A stretch of 64,000 nt of DNA from Heterodontus francisci (Eukaryota), in contig NC_090382.1 of assembly GCF_036365525.1 (NCBI RefSeq), positions 94,535,982 through 94,599,981 of the forward strand, in the 5' to 3' direction. This document shows, in pieces, positions 60,692-64,000 of this stretch. The stretch's first letter is position 1. Every line of letters starts with the position of its first letter. The translations under genes and the position numbers were made by a program. The notes under the pieces are model-generated. The model was not told the origin of the DNA and ran no database searches. It worked only from the letters and a program-made list of their open reading frames with translations.

Positions 60692-63600
60692 ACAAGGTGA
60701 ATTAACTGTGCAAATAGATGTAAATGGATACAATATAGTTGTGATTACTGAGACAAGGCTGCAGGGTGACCAAGGATGGGAACTGAACATCCAAGGGTAT
60801 TCAATATTTAGGAAGGACAGGCAAAAATGGAAATGAGGTGGAGGAGCGTTGTTAGTAAAAGAGGAAATCAATACAACAGTGAGAAAGGATATTAGCGCAG
60901 AGAATCCTGATGAGGAATCTGTATGGGTGGAGCTAAGAAACACCAAAGGGCAGAAAATATTGGTGGGGGTTGCATATAGACCCCAAAACAGCAGTGCTGA
61001 TGTACAGGATGGCATTAAACAGGAAATTAGAGACGCCTGCAATAAGGATGCAACTGTAATTATGGGTGACATTAAACTACATATAGATTGGGCAAACCAA
61101 ATTAGCAACAATACTGTAGAGCAGGAATTCTTGGAGTGTGTACATGATGGTTTTTTGGACCAATACATTGAGGAACCAACTAGAGAACAGGCCATCCTAG
61201 ACTGGGTATTGTGTAATGAGAAAGGATTAGTTAACAATCTTGTTGTGCGAGGTCCCATGGGGAATAGCAGCCTTAATATGATGGAATTCTTCATTAAAAT
61301 GGACAGTGAGAGAGTTAATTCCGAGCTAGGGCCCTGAATCGAAATAAAGGAAACTATGAAGGTACGAGGCACGAGTTGGCTATGATAGATTGGGGAACAT
61401 TACTTAAAGAGTGAACAGTGGATAGGCAATGGGCATTTAAAGAGTGCATGGATGAATTACAACAATTGTTCATTCCTGTCTGGCGCAAAAATAAAACCGG
61501 AAGGGCAGTTCAACCGTGGCTTACAAAAGAAATTAGGGATAGTATTAGATCCAAGGAGGAGAAATATAAAATGGCCAGAACAAGCAGCAAACCTGAGGAT
61601 TGGTAGCAGTTTAGAATTCAGCAAAGGAGGACAAAGTGATTGATTAAGAAGGGGAAAATAAGAGTATGAGAGTAAGCTTGCAGAGAACATAAAAACTGAC
61701 TGTAAAAGCTTCTATTGATATGTGAAGAGAAAAAGATTACAGTCAGTAACGGGGGAATTTATAATGGGGAACAAAGAAATGGCAGACCAATCAAATATAT
61801 ACTTTGGTTCTGTCTTCACAAAGGAGGACACAAATTACCTCCCAGAAATGTTGGGGAACATAGGGTCCAGTGAGAAGGAGAAACTGTATGAAATCAGTGT
61901 TCGTAGGGAAATGGTGTTAGGGAAATTGATGAGATTGAAGGTCACTAAATCTCCAGGGCCTAATAATCTACATTCCAGAGTACTTAAGGAAGTGGCCCTA
62001 GAAATATTAGATGCATTGTTGATCATTTTTCAAAATTCTATAGACTCTGGAACAGTTCCAACGATTAGAGGGTAGCTAATGTAACCCCAATATTTTTTTA
62101 AAAAGAGGTAGAGAGAAAACAGAATTATAGACCGGTCAGCCTGACATCAGTAGTGGGGAAAATGCTACAGTCCATTATAAAAGATGTAATAGCAGAGCAC
62201 TTGGAAAACAGTGACAGGATCGGACAAAGTCAACATGGCTTTATGAAAGTGAAATCATGCTTGACAAATCTACTGGAATTTTTTGAGGATGTAACTATTA
62301 GAATAGGTATGGGAGAACTAATGGATGTGGTGTATTTGGACTTTCAGAAGGCCTTCGATAAGGTCTCACATCAGAGATTAGCGTGCAAAATTAAAGCACA
62401 TGGGATTGGGAGTAAGGTCCTGACATGGATAGAGAACTGATTGGCAGACAGGAAACAAAGAGTAGGAATAAACGGGTCTTTTTCCGAGTGACAGGCAGTG
62501 ACTAGTGGGGTACTGCAGGGTTCAGCGCTAGGACCCTAGCTATTCACAATATATATTAATGATATAGATGAGGGAATTAAATGTAATATATCCAACTTTG
62601 CAGATGACACAAAGCTGGGTGGGAGTGGGAGCTGTGAGGAGGATGCAGAGAAGCTCCAGTGTGACTTGGACAGGTTGATTGAGTGGGCAAATACATGACA
62701 GATGCAGTGGATAAATGTGAGGTTATCCTCTTTGGTGGCAAAAATAGAAAGGCAGATTATCTCAACGGTGATAGATTGGGAAAGAGGGAACTGCAGTGAG
62801 ACCCAGGTGTCCTTATCCACCAGTCACTGAAAGTAAGCATGCAGGTGCAGCAGGTAGTTAAAAAGGCAAACGGTATGTTTTAGATTTTAGATTTAGAGAT
62901 ACAGCACTGAAACAGGCCCTTCGGCCCACCGGGTCTGTGCCGACCATTAACCACCCATTTATACTAATCCTACACTAATCCCATATTCCTACCACATCCC
63001 CACCTGTCCCTATATTTCCCTACCACCTACCTATACGAGGGGCAATTTATAATGGCCAATTTACCCACCAACCTGCAAGTCTTCTGGCTGTGGGAGGAAA
63101 CCGGAGCACCCGGAGGAAACCCACGCAAACACAGGGAGAACTTGCAAACTCCACACAGGCAGTACCCAGAATTGAACCCGGGTCGCTGCAGCTGTGAGGC
63201 TGCGGTGCTAACCACTGCGCCACTGTGCCGCTGGCCTTCATAGCGAGAGGATTCGAGTACAGGAGCAAGGATGTCTTGCTGCAATTATACAAGGCCTTGG
63301 TGAGACCACATCTGGAATATTGTGTGCAGTTTTGGTCTCCTTATCTGAGGAAGAATGTTCTTGCTATGGAGGGAGTGCAGCAAAGGTTCACCAGACTGAT
63401 TCCTGGGATGGCAGGACTGATGTATGAAGAGAGATTGGGTTGATTAGGCTCGTATTCATTAGAATTTAGAAGAATGAGAGGGGATCTCATAGAAACATAC
63501 AAAATTCTAACAGGACTGGACAGACTAGATGCAGGAAGGATGTTCCTGATGGCAGGGGAGTCCAGGACCAGGGGTCACAGTCTAAGGATAAGGGGTAAGC

Positions 63601-63880
63601 CATTTAGGACTGAGATGAGGAGAGATTTCTTCACCCAGAGAGTGGTGAACTTGTGGAATTCTCTACCACGGAAAGCAGTTGAGGCCAATTCATTAAATAT
63701 ATTCAGAAAACAGTTAGATATAGTTCTGAGGGCTAAAGGGCTAAAGGGATCAAGGGATACGGGGAGAAAGCGGGAACACGGTACTGAGTTTGGAGGATCA
63801 GCCATGATCGTATTGAATGGCGGTGCAGACTCGAAGGGTCGAATGGCCTACTCCTGCTCCTATTTTTCTATGTTTCTATT
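60692..63880 (+). mobile_element. CR1 LINE ORF2 (APE + RT) to 3' end, decayed, with an HE1 insertion
   Basis: VWVELRN, YRP, IMGD, EPTREQAILD, KSPGP, QHGFMK, YLDFQKAFDKV, FADDTK, RPHLEYCVQFWSP; tail ttctatgtttctat. Confidence 0.96.
62879..63231 (-). mobile_element. HE1-type V-SINE, full length
   Basis: Splits the CR1 at ggtatgt|tggccttca; (TCTAAA)n tail. Confidence 0.95.
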
Positions 63881-64000
63881 CCTTTCCAAGTACTCTGCAG
63901 GCTCCCAGAATAAATGATTTATGTGGTGTGACAACTCAAAAGAACTATCTTGAGTCACTGATATCACAGAGATTCCTTGGTAGTTTTCCAGCTACAAGAA

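Noticed and set aside
1-64000. CRISPR arrays, operons, rRNA genes or other prokaryotic systems
   Set aside because: No regularly spaced repeats or dense intact ORFs; the sequence is vertebrate repeat-rich DNA

Overview
Eukaryotic, repeat-dense vertebrate DNA, almost certainly from a cartilaginous fish (shark). The evidence is HE1-type V-SINEs, SacSINE1-like DeuSINEs, HER1/CR1-type LINEs and shark-type Penelope termini. No host protein-coding gene could be identified with confidence. The window reads as intronic or intergenic sequence, and well over half of it is transposon-derived. Contents: many CR1-group, L2 and RTE LINE fragments; two unrelated internally deleted (RT-less) Gypsy LTR elements; several solo LTRs; a decayed two-gene PIF/Harbinger transposon (Myb/SANT gene plus DDE transposase) with several Harbinger-type MITEs; a hAT MITE with a perfect 8-bp TSD; and Penelope ends carrying decayed hammerhead-ribozyme motifs. 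I did not find convincing evidence of a wholly new biological system. The most unusual items are the in-frame protease-integrase fusion in an RT-less Gypsy, an unexplained ~190-bp inverted repeat interleaved with a Penelope remnant (44.9-46.2 kb), and multi-level TE nesting. Family names come from recalled consensus features, not database searches. Boundaries without a stated TSD are approximate.
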